Assembly (NCBI RefSeq): GCF_964355755.1
Contig: NC_092677.1
Location: 20,048,101 to 20,112,100 of the forward strand
Origin: Antedon mediterranea
Taxonomy: Eukaryota > Animalia > Echinodermata
DNA length: 64,000 nt
Reading direction: 5' to 3'
Shown here: positions 38,101-49,339 of the stretch, in pieces
Position numbering within the stretch: position 1 is the stretch's first letter
Layout: every line of letters begins with the position of its first letter
The notes under the pieces: model-generated
The model's database searches: none
The model's input: only the letters and a program-made list of their open reading frames with translations
What the model was told of the DNA's origin: nothing
Position numbers and translations under genes: made by a program

Positions 38101-41100
38101 TCATGCTGCCCAAGTCTTACCCGGTAAATCCGTCAATACATCTTTGTAGTTTCCGATAAGTCGGTGCACCTCATGCTTTAATGTATCATCCAGGCTTTCG
38201 TTGATGTGAATGTCGGCTGTTGTTTCTTTTGCTAGTAAAGGGTGGAGCTGTAAAAGATTCTCATTAGATAGATGATAATTTTGGTTACTTGTAAATGTTT
38301 CATTAGGTTCGCATTCAATAACAGCGGTGCTAGCTAATTCAAGGATACCAGAAGGCTCGGATACCTCCAGAGCAGCACTAATGTCTGCGGTTCGCTCATA
38401 ATACCTTTTCAAGAGATTGGCGTGAAATATTTTGAATTTCCCATTAATGTCAATTTGGTAGTTTAGATACCCAAATTTCTTTACAACCTTAAAAGGACCT
38501 TTCCATTGAAGCAACAGTTTGTTTTTGTCTGTGGGTAGTAAAAGTAGTACCTTATCCCCAACCTCAAATTCCCGTGACTTACTATTTTTGTCATAATATT
38601 GTTTATACCTGACCTTTGATTTTTGTAGATTCTTCTGAGCCATCTGACAGGTTTCATGTAATCGTTCCCGTAAATCCATAACGTACTGGTAGGTGGTTTT
38701 TGTTTCTGGTGTTTCAATTTCTTCGGTCCACAATTCCCTTAGGATGGACATGGGTCCTCGGACGGTACGGCCATATAAGAGTTCAAAAAGAGAAAAACCT
38801 AAACTTTCTTGTGAAGATTCCCTAACAGCAAAAAGTAGTGGGTCAATGTAACGATCCCAATCAGTAGGCCTTTCGGCACACATACGTTTCAGCATTTGTT
38901 TGAGTGTTCCATTGAACCGTTCGACCAAACCATTACAAGCTGGGTGATATGGAGATGTCATTACCTGACGTATAGACAACAACTTACTAACTTGCTTCAT
39001 GACTTCAGATGTAAATTGTGATCCCCTATCGGTAAGCATTTCTTTCGGGATACCAAGTCTAGAGAAAACACCAACCAAGGCCTCAGCAACCCGTTCAGCT
39101 TCAATACTTGGTAGAGGCACTGCCTCGGGATAACGAGTAGCAAAATCTATTATTGTGAGTATATAACGATTACGACCTTTAGACATAGTGAAAATGGGAC
39201 CAACTATATCAACGGCAATCCGTTCAAACGGCACCTCGATCAAAGGCATGCTTCCTAGAGGCACTTTCGTAACTCTACCTTTTTGTACAGTTCTCTGACA
39301 AATGTCACAGGATCGACAATATCGAGTAATATCCGCAGTGACTCCAGGCAACCAAAAAGTTGTCAACACTTTATCCGTCGTCTTTTTGACCCCTCGGTGT
39401 CCTCCTAATAATTTTTCATGGGCTTGGCGCATTACCTGGCGTCGATAGTCAGCTGGCACTACCAGTTGGGTAAACTTATCCCCGTGTTCAATATTAGGAG
39501 AGGAAAATTGCCTATATAATAAGTCTTTATGATAAATAAACCTAGACGTGGCTTGTTTGTTACTCACAGCTGTAGTTTGCTTCTCTTCAAGATCCTTGAA
39601 TTTTGCAAGGCTGGCATCTCGTTGCTGAGCGGTCTTCATAGTTACCGCTGTGATGATTTGCTTGTGTATTTCTGTAGTTTTAAGTGTTCTGAATGGTTTA
39701 TCCATATTGTTAGCTTGAGTCCGGGTAACAACAGAACATCCTTGAAGATTTCGCTCTGTCCATGTGGGATCTAGATTTCCTGGTGCTCGTACTCCTGCAA
39801 TATTACCTAATATCAAGTCATAAATAGGGTTATTCATACATAGTGCATACGTATTTCCTGAAAAAAATGGAGTATTAACATGTATTAATGCAACCGGTAG
39901 GTTGCGGACCATGCCATCAATCAGCACACAGGTTTTCTCCTTCCCAGTAAGTTGTTCGGCTGATACAAGATCTTTCTTTACAACCACCCCACTACAGCCA
40001 CTGTCACGAAGAACAGAGACGCAGCGTGACCCGACACAACCTGTATAAACGGGCATTTTACTAATTGAATTATTTAGAGCCGCTGTCATAATTGGAAGAC
40101 AGTGCCCACATTGAAGAGTGACCTTATCACCATCATTATTGATACAACATTGATTTAAAGATTCTGACATTTTTGTAACCATACTGGCCCCCACATCGGG
40201 AATTTCTTCTTTGGCTTTACATTCGTGTTGTTTTGTACATTTTTGGCAATCAGACTCTTTTTGTGGTGAAGTAGACAACCCAGCGCAGCTGTTGGCGTCC
40301 TTTCTACAATTTCTGGCAATATGTCCTGTTTTTAAGCATCGGTAACATTTTGAAGGAGAGTTTGGTTTATACATAGTTGAAACTCTGCAATTTCTAGCTA
40401 AGTGACCTACACGATGGCATATAAAACAAGTTGGACTACGGAAACTAGAAGGGCTTTGTGCTGAGGATGTACTGGGAACATTATTAGAGGAAAGTTGAGG
40501 GGAATTCGGCTCCTTTTGTTTAGGCCTAAACTCTATTGGTTTACCAAATAACCCCCCACGGGCTTCCAAATATTGTTCAGCAATTTCAGCCATCGCTTGT
40601 ATTGTTTTCGGTTGACGTTCCCTTAGGAACAGGGCAAGGTCCTTCCCACACCCATCAGTAAATTGCTCTCGCAGCAATAAATCTTTTAACCCCTGAAAGG
40701 TTTTCTCCCCCTCTGCTAGGTCAATCCACCTATCCAGATAATTGCTTAACCTTGCAGCAAATTGCAGTCCGCTTTCTCCGTATTCGGGCTTGGCTGTTCG
40801 TAACTTATGTCGAAATCCATCGGCAGTTAACTGAAACCGTTTTAGAAGAGCCAATTTCAACAGTTTGTAATCATTAGCTTCAGCTGAAGACAACCTAGAA
40901 TAAACTTCGAGAGCTTTCCCAGTTAGTAGGGCACTTAAGTTAACCGGCCACTCAATTTCTTTCCACTCTTGACTAGTCGCATACCGTTCAAACCTTTTCA
41001 GATAGGCATCTAGGTCATCTGTTCGGTCATGGAAAGGGGGTAATTTAGGTTTACTGGCCTTAACCCTTGACTCAGGATTGGGTAATATTCTACCCCCTGG

Positions 41101-41477
41101 CCGTGCCCGATTCTTTTCTTGCTCTAATTGGATTTCTAACCTTCGCATTTCTATGAGATAGGCCTGATTTTCAGCTTCTTTCACCCTTTCATTTACTCTC
41201 TCTTTTTCTTCATTCGCTCTTTTCCTCTCTGCTTCGTCCCTCTCTAGCATCTCTCTTCTCTCTCTCTCTTCCTTCTCTAGTACCTCTTTTCTCTCTCTCT
41301 CTCTTCCTTGTCTCTGTTTCGCTCTTTTTCTTCTCTCTCCCCATTTCTTTCTTCTCTCTCTAGTGCTCTCTCTTCTCTCTCTCTGACAGCTTCCTCTCTC
41401 TTTTCCACAAACTCTCTTAATTCCACTCCATCTAACCCCAACGCATTTCCTGCGTCAACAATTTTAGTGAGATCCAT
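38101..41477 (-). CDS. LTR element 1 gag-protease-integrase (frameshift near 41250-41277)
   Basis: SCAN-like capsid (DLDAYLKRFE..LLTGKA..LREQF), two CCHC knuckles, protease LRDSGCS, HHCC zinc finger, DDE integrase (VDIVGP, TDRGSQF, VERFN), WKGPF. Confidence 0.92.
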
Positions 41478-41617
41478 TTCTTAAGAAAAAAAAAATATAT
41501 ATATATGTATAAGTATCCAATATAAGTATACAGTATGTCAATAATATGACAAATAGACAATCCAATCAATCACGTACAATTGTTTCATCTACCGATGTTC
41601 ACGCTAGGTTACAAAGT

Positions 41618-41634
41618 TCCCGGACGAGCCCCCA
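41618..41634 (-). promoter_or_regulatory. Primer-binding site, tRNA-Pro
   Basis: TGGGGGCTCGTCCGGGA, 4 nt from the 5' LTR. Confidence 0.9.
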
Positions 41635-41638
41635 TAAA

Positions 41639-42930
41639 TGTCACACAGTCGCAATTACGGCTCTTTCTGACATGTAATATCTGGTAACCACCGGTAAACA
41701 ACGGTAAATAGCCACAACTGTACACATATAAATGCAAAAAGTAAATTTAATAATAATCTTTGACAAACAATTCTTCCTTTATAATCCAAACCCCAAAAAA
41801 AAACCACCAAAAAAAACCAACCAATTCTCAAATAATGCTACAGTATCCCTATTCCCCACACAATTTATACACTTTCCCAAATTCCCAATCCTTCCAGACA
41901 AAACATCAACAATCTTCTTATTGTCAAATAAATCCCAGAACCCCCCTTCCAAATACAATAATATCACAAGATGAATAATTAAACAATAATAAATGTCCAC
42001 AATATCGTTCCTTCTTGCCTTTTCTCCTACGCCGACACAAAAACGAATTCGAAAGATAAAAGTTAAAACGATTCTGCAACTAAACAACTCCCACGCCTCT
42101 GCTCCCGTTCTGCTTGTATTCCCAATTATAATTCTTCTCAAACTGCAACTATTTTCTGACATATAAATAAATGAAATATAAAGTTAAAATGTTTCCTGAT
42201 GTCCTTCTGCACTGCAATCCGCTCCCCGATCAATTATTCCTTTCTCCTTTTCCACGTAACATAATATCAGTATCAATAAAGTCAGTCTTCGATACTTTCA
42301 ACAATTCTTTAAAAGCAATTAATTCTGCTATTTCCAACAGTTATTATTCGATTTATTAACTTCCTGTATATCACTTTATTTCATTTCTGCTCCAGCTCTA
42401 TATCACCATAATTATTTCCAACTCACAATTTATTAACTTCATGTATATCACCTTATTTCATTTCTGCTTCAGCTCTATATCACCATAATTATATCCAACT
42501 CACAATTTACTAACTTCATGTATATCACCTTATTTCCTTTCCGCTTCAGCTCTATATCACCATAATTCTTTCCAACCCACAATTTATTAACTTCATATAT
42601 ATCACTTTACTTCCTTTCTGCTTCAACATAACATAACCCTCCTTCTCTGTCTCCTCTCAATTTCCACCTCCCTCTCAACCTTCCCTCAATTGCACACATA
42701 CCACCACCTTATCCTTCTCAACCAATCAGCAACTCACACACCAACTCAACTCTTACACCTCTCCTCCAATCAGCAACCTCCACAACACTCCTTCTCTGCA
42801 CACAAACACTCTGCTCCACTGGCTTCAAACAATAGTTTCCTAAAACAAAAGAAAGGTTCAAATAATGAAAACAAAAGGAAAAGTAAGAATGACTTGCACA
42901 ATAAATACAAAACTTATGTCACTTGTGACA
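41639..42930 (-). repeat. Intact 5' LTR of element 1 (1292 bp)
   Basis: TGTCAC...GTGACA termini; matches the 28779 LTR. Confidence 0.95.
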
Positions 42931-42935
42931 AAAGC

Positions 42936-43440
42936 CATGGCAACATTCTGAGCCACTGTTTAAGCAATTAAATATACTTACATACAAGATATCAACAGAG
43001 TTACCGTCCTAGGTTTCATGGCCCAGATTAAAAGTAATGTTTTACCCAGACGAATCCAAATGATATTCAAAAGAAACGAAAATACTACCCATAATCTTCG
43101 AAATATTTGTAGCGTAAAACAACCATACTCTAGGTTAACGTCTGGTCAACATTTTATCAGTATACACGGACCGAAACTATGGAACGAGCTCTGTAGAAAT
43201 CACTTAGATATTGTTAAAAAAAATTATAAAATACTAAAAAAATATGTTAAAAGAGACATTTTATTGAATTACAGAACTTAAAATGCTTCACTCATAAAAT
43301 ATATATGCATATACTATGCGTTGTGTTGGTGTGTGCGAGTATACACACATAGCCTGTTTTATATTATATGTATTCATACTTTTGCTATAATATATATAGA
43401 AAGAATCCACATGTACTGGAAGCAATAAACTGAATATCTT
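42936..43440 (+). mobile_element. 3' end of the L2-like LINE split by LTR element 1
   Basis: HSEPLFKQLNIL..LPRRIQMIF..HNLRN..ISIHGPKLWNEL continues the 27674 ORF2. Confidence 0.75.
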
Positions 43441-44229
43441 CTTTTTAAAGAAAAAATGTATAAATAATCATGTTAGAAAAACACTATCGCTTTTTGATGA
43501 TGAACAACTCTAAAATGTATATAGAAAATGTTTTTTTTCACGCTGCTGCTCTAGCCCGCTACGTTCCATTAGGACTACTCAATCAGAAGCTAAAGCAAGC
43601 AGCAGTTATAGTTCTAAGGACAGACCGTTTTGTTAAAATGGAAACTCCACTATGATTTATTGATTCCAGCTGCTACAGTAGACCCAAAAAACGTCTGGGA
43701 AAAAGTCTATTAGGACATGTCATGCTAAAATTACAAATCACTAAGCATTTCTGGTATATTCACTGTCAGATATTCATTGAATTATTATCGAAACAGTCCA
43801 TAAAAGTTTGTGTTTGTAATAGGATACTTCACAATTGAAATATCTAGGGTGATGAAGTGACCCCCAGATTTGACCTTAGCAATAAAATTAACTAAAGTGA
43901 CAGAAATTGAGTATTCACTTCTGTAACAAAAAAATAATATTTATTCACATATAAAAAAAGAAAAGAAACCCAAAAACCATTGTCTGACAGACAATTTAAG
44001 TATTTGTTGCTTTAAATTACATTTTTTCAGGTGAAATAACTATTATGTGACAATAAAATGACACATAAAAGTACAAGCATACCGACATCCTTCCTTTTTT
44101 AGTGACATTAGCAATGTGTAGTTTTTCGTCCTGATCTACTTCGGCTCTTTGTGACATATTCAAAAATACGAGAAATAAAAAATATTTTTCAATAAGCGAG
44201 CAGCGTTTTTTGTAAAAAATATTTCTTGT

Positions 44230-44395
44230 TTATTTTGTATCTATTATGTTGTGTTTATTGTTTTATGTTTTTTATGTAAAAGGGTCCTGCGAAAATAGAA
44301 GTGTAAACTTCTCTATGCAGGATCCTTGCCATCATTTATGCTATGAAACTGTATTTATAAACGATGAGTAAATAAATGTGAATTGAATTGAATAT
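44230..44395 (+). repeat. LINE/SINE 3' tail fragment
   Basis: AAGGGTCCTGC..GCAGGATCCTT stem-loop, AATAAA and (GAATT)n tail. Confidence 0.45.
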
Positions 44396-44782
44396 TATAA
44401 TATGATCCTAAAAAAATGAGCTGGTATCCACTTGTAGGTTGAAGAAAGATGTGGCTCTAATTTTAAAATCATATTATATTAACATTTTCGAAACTATAAA
44501 ATCAGGGATAAACTTTTTTAGAACTTTCAAACAAGGAACTATTTTTTTTTAATGATTTTCAAAAAGCACATTAGTTACTCCATTAAAACCTGTAAACAAA
44601 AAATTAAAAACAAATTATGTATATAATAGGATAAACATTATAAATGTATACGACGTTTAGCGCGACCAAAGTATTCAACGCGATCGATGTCAAACGCAAC
44701 CGATATGATTAAAAGGTCACCACTGATTAAAACTGCGTACGTACTACTAGCGGCGGCGCTTCCATACCGAAATAAAACCGTG

Positions 44783-44972
44783 AGCGACTTTGCGATGGGG
44801 CGACTTTGCGTTGGGGCGACTTTGCGATGGGGGACTTTGCGATGGGGCGACTTTGTGATTAGGCGACTTTGCGATGGGGCGACTGTGTGGGGCGACTTTG
44901 TTTTGTGGCGACTTTGCGATGGGGGCCCCATGGGCGATTTTGTATTGGGCGACTTTGCGATGGGGCGACTTG
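44783..44972 (-). repeat. Right subterminal tandem array (GATGGGGCGACTTTGC) of the outer MULE-like element
   Basis: Reverse complement of 25370-25525. Confidence 0.9.
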
Positions 44973-45249
44973 ACTGGTGTAGTGAATTTATTTTAAGTTG
45001 GTACCGAGCTTTCTCAGGCGTATATAACTCCACGCGACGTACACAGCTGTCACTGAATGATAACTCATACAAAAAGTATATTTAACTCAACTAGAACTTT
45101 TATTCCTTGTAATTCGATTAATACATCTTTCTACCACTACCAGTCAAGCCTTAATATTTTCTTTATCATCTTTCCGTTTATCTACTCTGATCTTATAATT
45201 CTCTCTTCTCGTTTATCTACTCTGATTTTACTCTCTCTTCTCCTCTAAT

Positions 45250-47075
45250 CAGCGTTGCCAGCGATAAAATTTAAATTATGCCGTATCCTGTCTCAAATAA
45301 TGCCAGATTGGGAAAAATAATGCCAGATCCCCAAAATGTGGCCCTAAACAGCGCCACCAACGGTTGTATGTCTAATAAACGTTTGTAAAACCCCAACTGA
45401 CACAAAATAGGGCCTAAATTGTATCCCTATGTCGTTCAAAAATTGTATTTTTAGTTTTGTGAGTAATAATTCTAAAAATATCTAGGGTGCGAAAATGGTA
45501 ATTGCAAATGACACAAACACCAACCCACGAACCCTTATCCCCCCCCCACCCCCCCCCCCCACCTCCCCCAAAAAGAAAACTGTTACAGCCATGGGAAATT
45601 TAGAATTTTTGAGCTGAAATATGAGAGCTGCTCGATCTTTGCACTTAATTTCAAATATGAAAGGATCTTAGCCCACCATAATTAGAAAATTATAATTTAA
45701 AATAGGAAATAAAAATATATATCTCAGCCCCACCATGGTTGATAAGAAAATTTTGAAAAATGCTCATGGCCGGAAATGCCACTTAATTTAAAAAATGAAA
45801 TAAAAATATAGGCCTATTTATTAGTGTCTCCAGGATCTTAGCCCACCATAGTTCGAAAATGGCAATTATAATTGAAAATAGGAAATCAAAATATATATTA
45901 AGTGTCTCCAGGACCTCAGCCCCACCATGGTTGGGACTGAGGTACAAAAATTTGGAAAATAGAGCTGCTCGATGGCCGGAAATGGCACTTAATTTCAGAT
46001 ATGAAATAAAAATATATTTATTAGTACCTCCAGGATCTTAGCCCACCATAGTTCGAAAATGGCAATTATAATTTAAAATAGGAAATAAAAATATATATTA
46101 AGTGTCTCCAGGACCTCAGCTCCACCATGGCTGGTGCTGAGGTAAGAAAATTTGGAAAAATAGAGCTGCTCAATGGGCGGAAATGGCACTTAATTTCAAA
46201 TATGAAATAAAAATATATTTATTAGCACCTCCAGGATCTTAGCCCATCATAGTTTTGAAAATGGCAATTATAATTTAAAATAAGAAATAAAAATATATAT
46301 TAAGTGTCTCCATGACCTCAGCCCCACCATGGTTGGGGCTGAGGTAAAAAAAAAATGGGAAAAATAGAGCTGCTCGATGGGTGGAAATGGCACTTAATTT
46401 TAAATAAAAATTACCTCGCCCACATGGTCACTACAGGGGCTGAGAGGTGAAGAACATTTGGAAAAATAGGGTTGCTACGACGATGCAAATGGAACATAAT
46501 TTGAAATATGGAAAACAAATTCTCCTAGAAGAAATTCTTTTTTAGTTACTGGAAATTGCCATTTCAAGGGTTGGGGTAGGGGTGCGGCCACTTATAATTA
46601 TGAACTGAAACAACAAAACCCCTTTCATAATGTTTTCGTTCAATTGTCTCTATATCTGGGGATCCAATAACCTGCATGGTCTCTGAAATAGAGCAACATA
46701 ATTGGCCAATAGCTAGCCTCTTCGGATTTGTTGTGCTGCCTATATCGCACACACGGTAGTTTTCGAGCAGCCTTCCTATCCGAAGAATCTATTTAAGTCC
46801 GAAACAAAAGGATGGAAGAACTATTGTACGGAAAACCCGAACAGATCTGTTTTGTACGATATGATATTGTGTAAGGTGATATGTATTAAATTGCAAGATT
46901 AAACAAAATATTTTATTTTTGTTCTGTGGTATATCATTTTTTTGGTTGTTCAAAAAACACAAAATTATGCCAGATTATGCTAAAAACGGCTAAATAATGC
47001 CGCGGCATTATGCCAGATGCCGTGGGCCTCTAAATAATGCCAAAAAGCATAATAATGCCAGAAATGGCAACTATG
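45250..47075. mobile_element. Non-autonomous hAT inserted in the 3' LTR of element 2
   Basis: TIR CAGCGTTGCCA / TGGCAACTATG; 8-bp TSD CCTCTAAT (45242-45249, 47076-47083); subterminal ATAATGCC repeats. Confidence 0.88.
45600..46480. repeat. ~200-bp tandem repeat (about 4 units) inside the hAT
   Basis: GGATCTTAGCCCAYCATA recurs at ~45663, 45833, 46033 and 46234. Confidence 0.85.
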
Positions 47076-47353
47076 CCTCTAATATCTATTACATTCTACT
47101 TTTATACTGGATATGCAAATTTTAGGCTTCAGAGGAGGATAACATTTTCCCTCCAAAAATTATACGATTTTGATTGGCTAATAATATAAGGCGGACCTGG
47201 TCTAAAGCATCCTTCTCTAAACACAGAGAATCACAACATAAATAATATGACATTCCCCTTTTTGGGAAAAAGATTGTGTCAATCTTTCCAAAAATTTAAC
47301 ATTTAAAACCATTTTACTATAAACTATCTACAAATAACACCTCTATAATATTA

Positions 47354-49339
47354 TTATGCACGGCTTAATCCATCTGCATTTCCATTTAATGATCCTTTCT
47401 TGTAAATAACTTTAAATTTATATCCTTGTAAAAACAGAGACCATCTCATAAGTCTAACATTGGCACCCTTCATTGAGTCCATCCATCTCAATGCCTGGTG
47501 GTCAGTATGAACTTGAAATTCACAACCATACAGATAATACTTATGTTTATTGATAGCCCAAACAATAGAGAGGCACTCTTTTTCTGGCACAGAATATCTC
47601 TGCTCATGTACAGATAACTTTCTACTTAAGTACACAATGGGATAATCATTACCCTCACCATCTATTTGGCTCAGCACTGCACCTATGCCATAATTTGAGG
47701 CATCGGTTTGCAATATAAACATCTTATCAAAATTTGGGGCTTTTAATACATTATCATCAGTAAGTCGTTTCTTTAAAGTTACAAAGGCATTTTCACATTG
47801 TTCATTCCACTTAACGGTATTACTTTTACTCTTTAAAGTTAAATCAATCAATGGCTTAGCAATATCGGCATAGTTCTGTACAAATTTTCTGTAATAGCCA
47901 GTTAATCCGAGAAATGATCGGACTTGTTTCTTAGACAAAGGTCTGGGGAACTTTTCCACAGCCTCAACCTTATCAATCATGGGTCTAATTTCTCCATTAC
48001 CAATCTTATGCCCCAGAAATTCTACCTGTGCATAGGCAATTTTACATTTCAAAGGCTTTGCTGTCAATCCAGCACTACTTAATCTTTCTAATACATCATT
48101 CAAATGAAAAATATGATCTTTCCAAGTTTGACTATAAATACATATGTCATCTATATATGCCTTAGCATATCCCTCAGTACCTTGTAATACCTTATCCATT
48201 AATCTTTGGAAAGTACTAGAGCTATTTTGCATACCAAATGGAAGTACATTGTAACAATACTGTCCAAATTGTGTAATAAATGCTGATTTGTCTTTGGTCT
48301 TAGGATCCAGAGGCACCTGGTAAAATCCTTTAGTTAGATCTAACGTAGTTATGTATATTGCGGATGATACCTCATCCAACATTTCGTCTATGCGAGGCAT
48401 AACATAAGGGTCAAATTGTGTAGTCTTATTTAGTGATCTAAAATCTGTCACCATTCTAATTTGATTCTGGCCTTTCTTCAGGGCAATAATAGGTGCAGCA
48501 TAGGCACTAACTGTAGGTTCTATTATACCCATAGCCAACATACTATCTAATTCTTCTTTCAATTTACCCTTTAATGCTTGGGGCGTTCTATATGCCCTAT
48601 GCCTTATAGGCATTTCACCATTAGTCTTAATTTCATGTGTCACTAAGTGAGTTCTACCTGGTACATCCGAGAATACATTCTGTTGGTACTTTAACAATTC
48701 TGTTAATTGTTTAGTTTGTGTATCATTTAAATTACTACTAACGTTAACATCTCTCCATGTTTGTGATTGATGATAAGACAATCCTATGTCTATTTCACTA
48801 TCTAACTCATTGTCATCATGGACTGTTTCATTTAAGTCTACTTCTTCTATCGACTGAACATTTGTTACTACATAATAACCATCTTTACTTATTTCTACTT
48901 TATCATACCATCTCTTTAACATATTAACATGTAGAATTTGTTTTTCTTTTCTTCTACCTCCTATGTATATTTCATAATTTACATCATTGACCTTTTTTGT
49001 AACAGTGAAGGGGCCTTGCCATTTACTGTCTAACTTACTATTTCCTACTGGAAGGAATATCAACACTTTGTCCCCTTCTACAAATTCTCTATCAATAGCA
49101 TTCTTGTTATAATTGTGGGACATAATTTCTTGTTGTTCAAGTTTGTTTACATTAGCATCTTTCATTAATTCCTCCATTTTTTCTCTTATGTCTAACATGT
49201 ATTTGATAACATCAGTAGATGTTTCTTCATCTTCTACCCAATTACTTTTGAGTAAACTCAAGGGTCCCCTCACCTCTACCATAAAGCAATTTAAAAGGTG
49301 AATGGCCCGTCGCTTTACTAGGAACTTCTCTGTATGCAA
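47354..49339 (-). CDS. LTR element 2 integrase C-terminus + RT-RNase H
   Basis: WQGPF, DFRSLN, LDLTKGFYQV, LPFGMQNS, YIDD, LQTDASNYG, HTDHQAL, NGNADGLSR. Confidence 0.92.
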   Translation of the reverse strand: MHTEKFLVKRRAIHLLNCFMVEVRGPLSLLKSNWVEDEETSTDVIKYMLDIREKMEELMKDANVNKLEQQEIMSHNYNKNAIDREFVEGDKVLIFLPVGNSKLDSKWQGPFTVTKKVNDVNYEIYIGGRRKEKQILHVNMLKRWYDKVEISKDGYYVVTNVQSIEEVDLNETVHDDNELDSEIDIGLSYHQSQTWRDVNVSSNLNDTQTKQLTELLKYQQNVFSDVPGRTHLVTHEIKTNGEMPIRHRAYRTPQALKGKLKEELDSMLAMGIIEPTVSAYAAPIIALKKGQNQIRMVTDFRSLNKTTQFDPYVMPRIDEMLDEVSSAIYITTLDLTKGFYQVPLDPKTKDKSAFITQFGQYCYNVLPFGMQNSSSTFQRLMDKVLQGTEGYAKAYIDDICIYSQTWKDHIFHLNDVLERLSSAGLTAKPLKCKIAYAQVEFLGHKIGNGEIRPMIDKVEAVEKFPRPLSKKQVRSFLGLTGYYRKFVQNYADIAKPLIDLTLKSKSNTVKWNEQCENAFVTLKKRLTDDNVLKAPNFDKMFILQTDASNYGIGAVLSQIDGEGNDYPIVYLSRKLSVHEQRYSVPEKECLSIVWAINKHKYYLYGCEFQVHTDHQALRWMDSMKGANVRLMRWSLFLQGYKFKVIYKKGSLNGNADGLSRA

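Larger units (their letters stand above)
28779..42930 (-). mobile_element. Gmr1-type Ty3/Gypsy LTR retrotransposon 1
   Basis: TG..CA LTRs, 5-bp TSD AAAGC (28774-28778, 42931-42935), PBS, PPT, gag-PR-IN-RT-RH order. Confidence 0.95.

Noticed and set aside
38090-38110. Programmed frameshift between IN and RT (and at ~49280 in element 2)
   Set aside because: The breaks are at different positions in the two elements, one inside integrase, with no clear slippery site; more likely mutations or sequencing errors.
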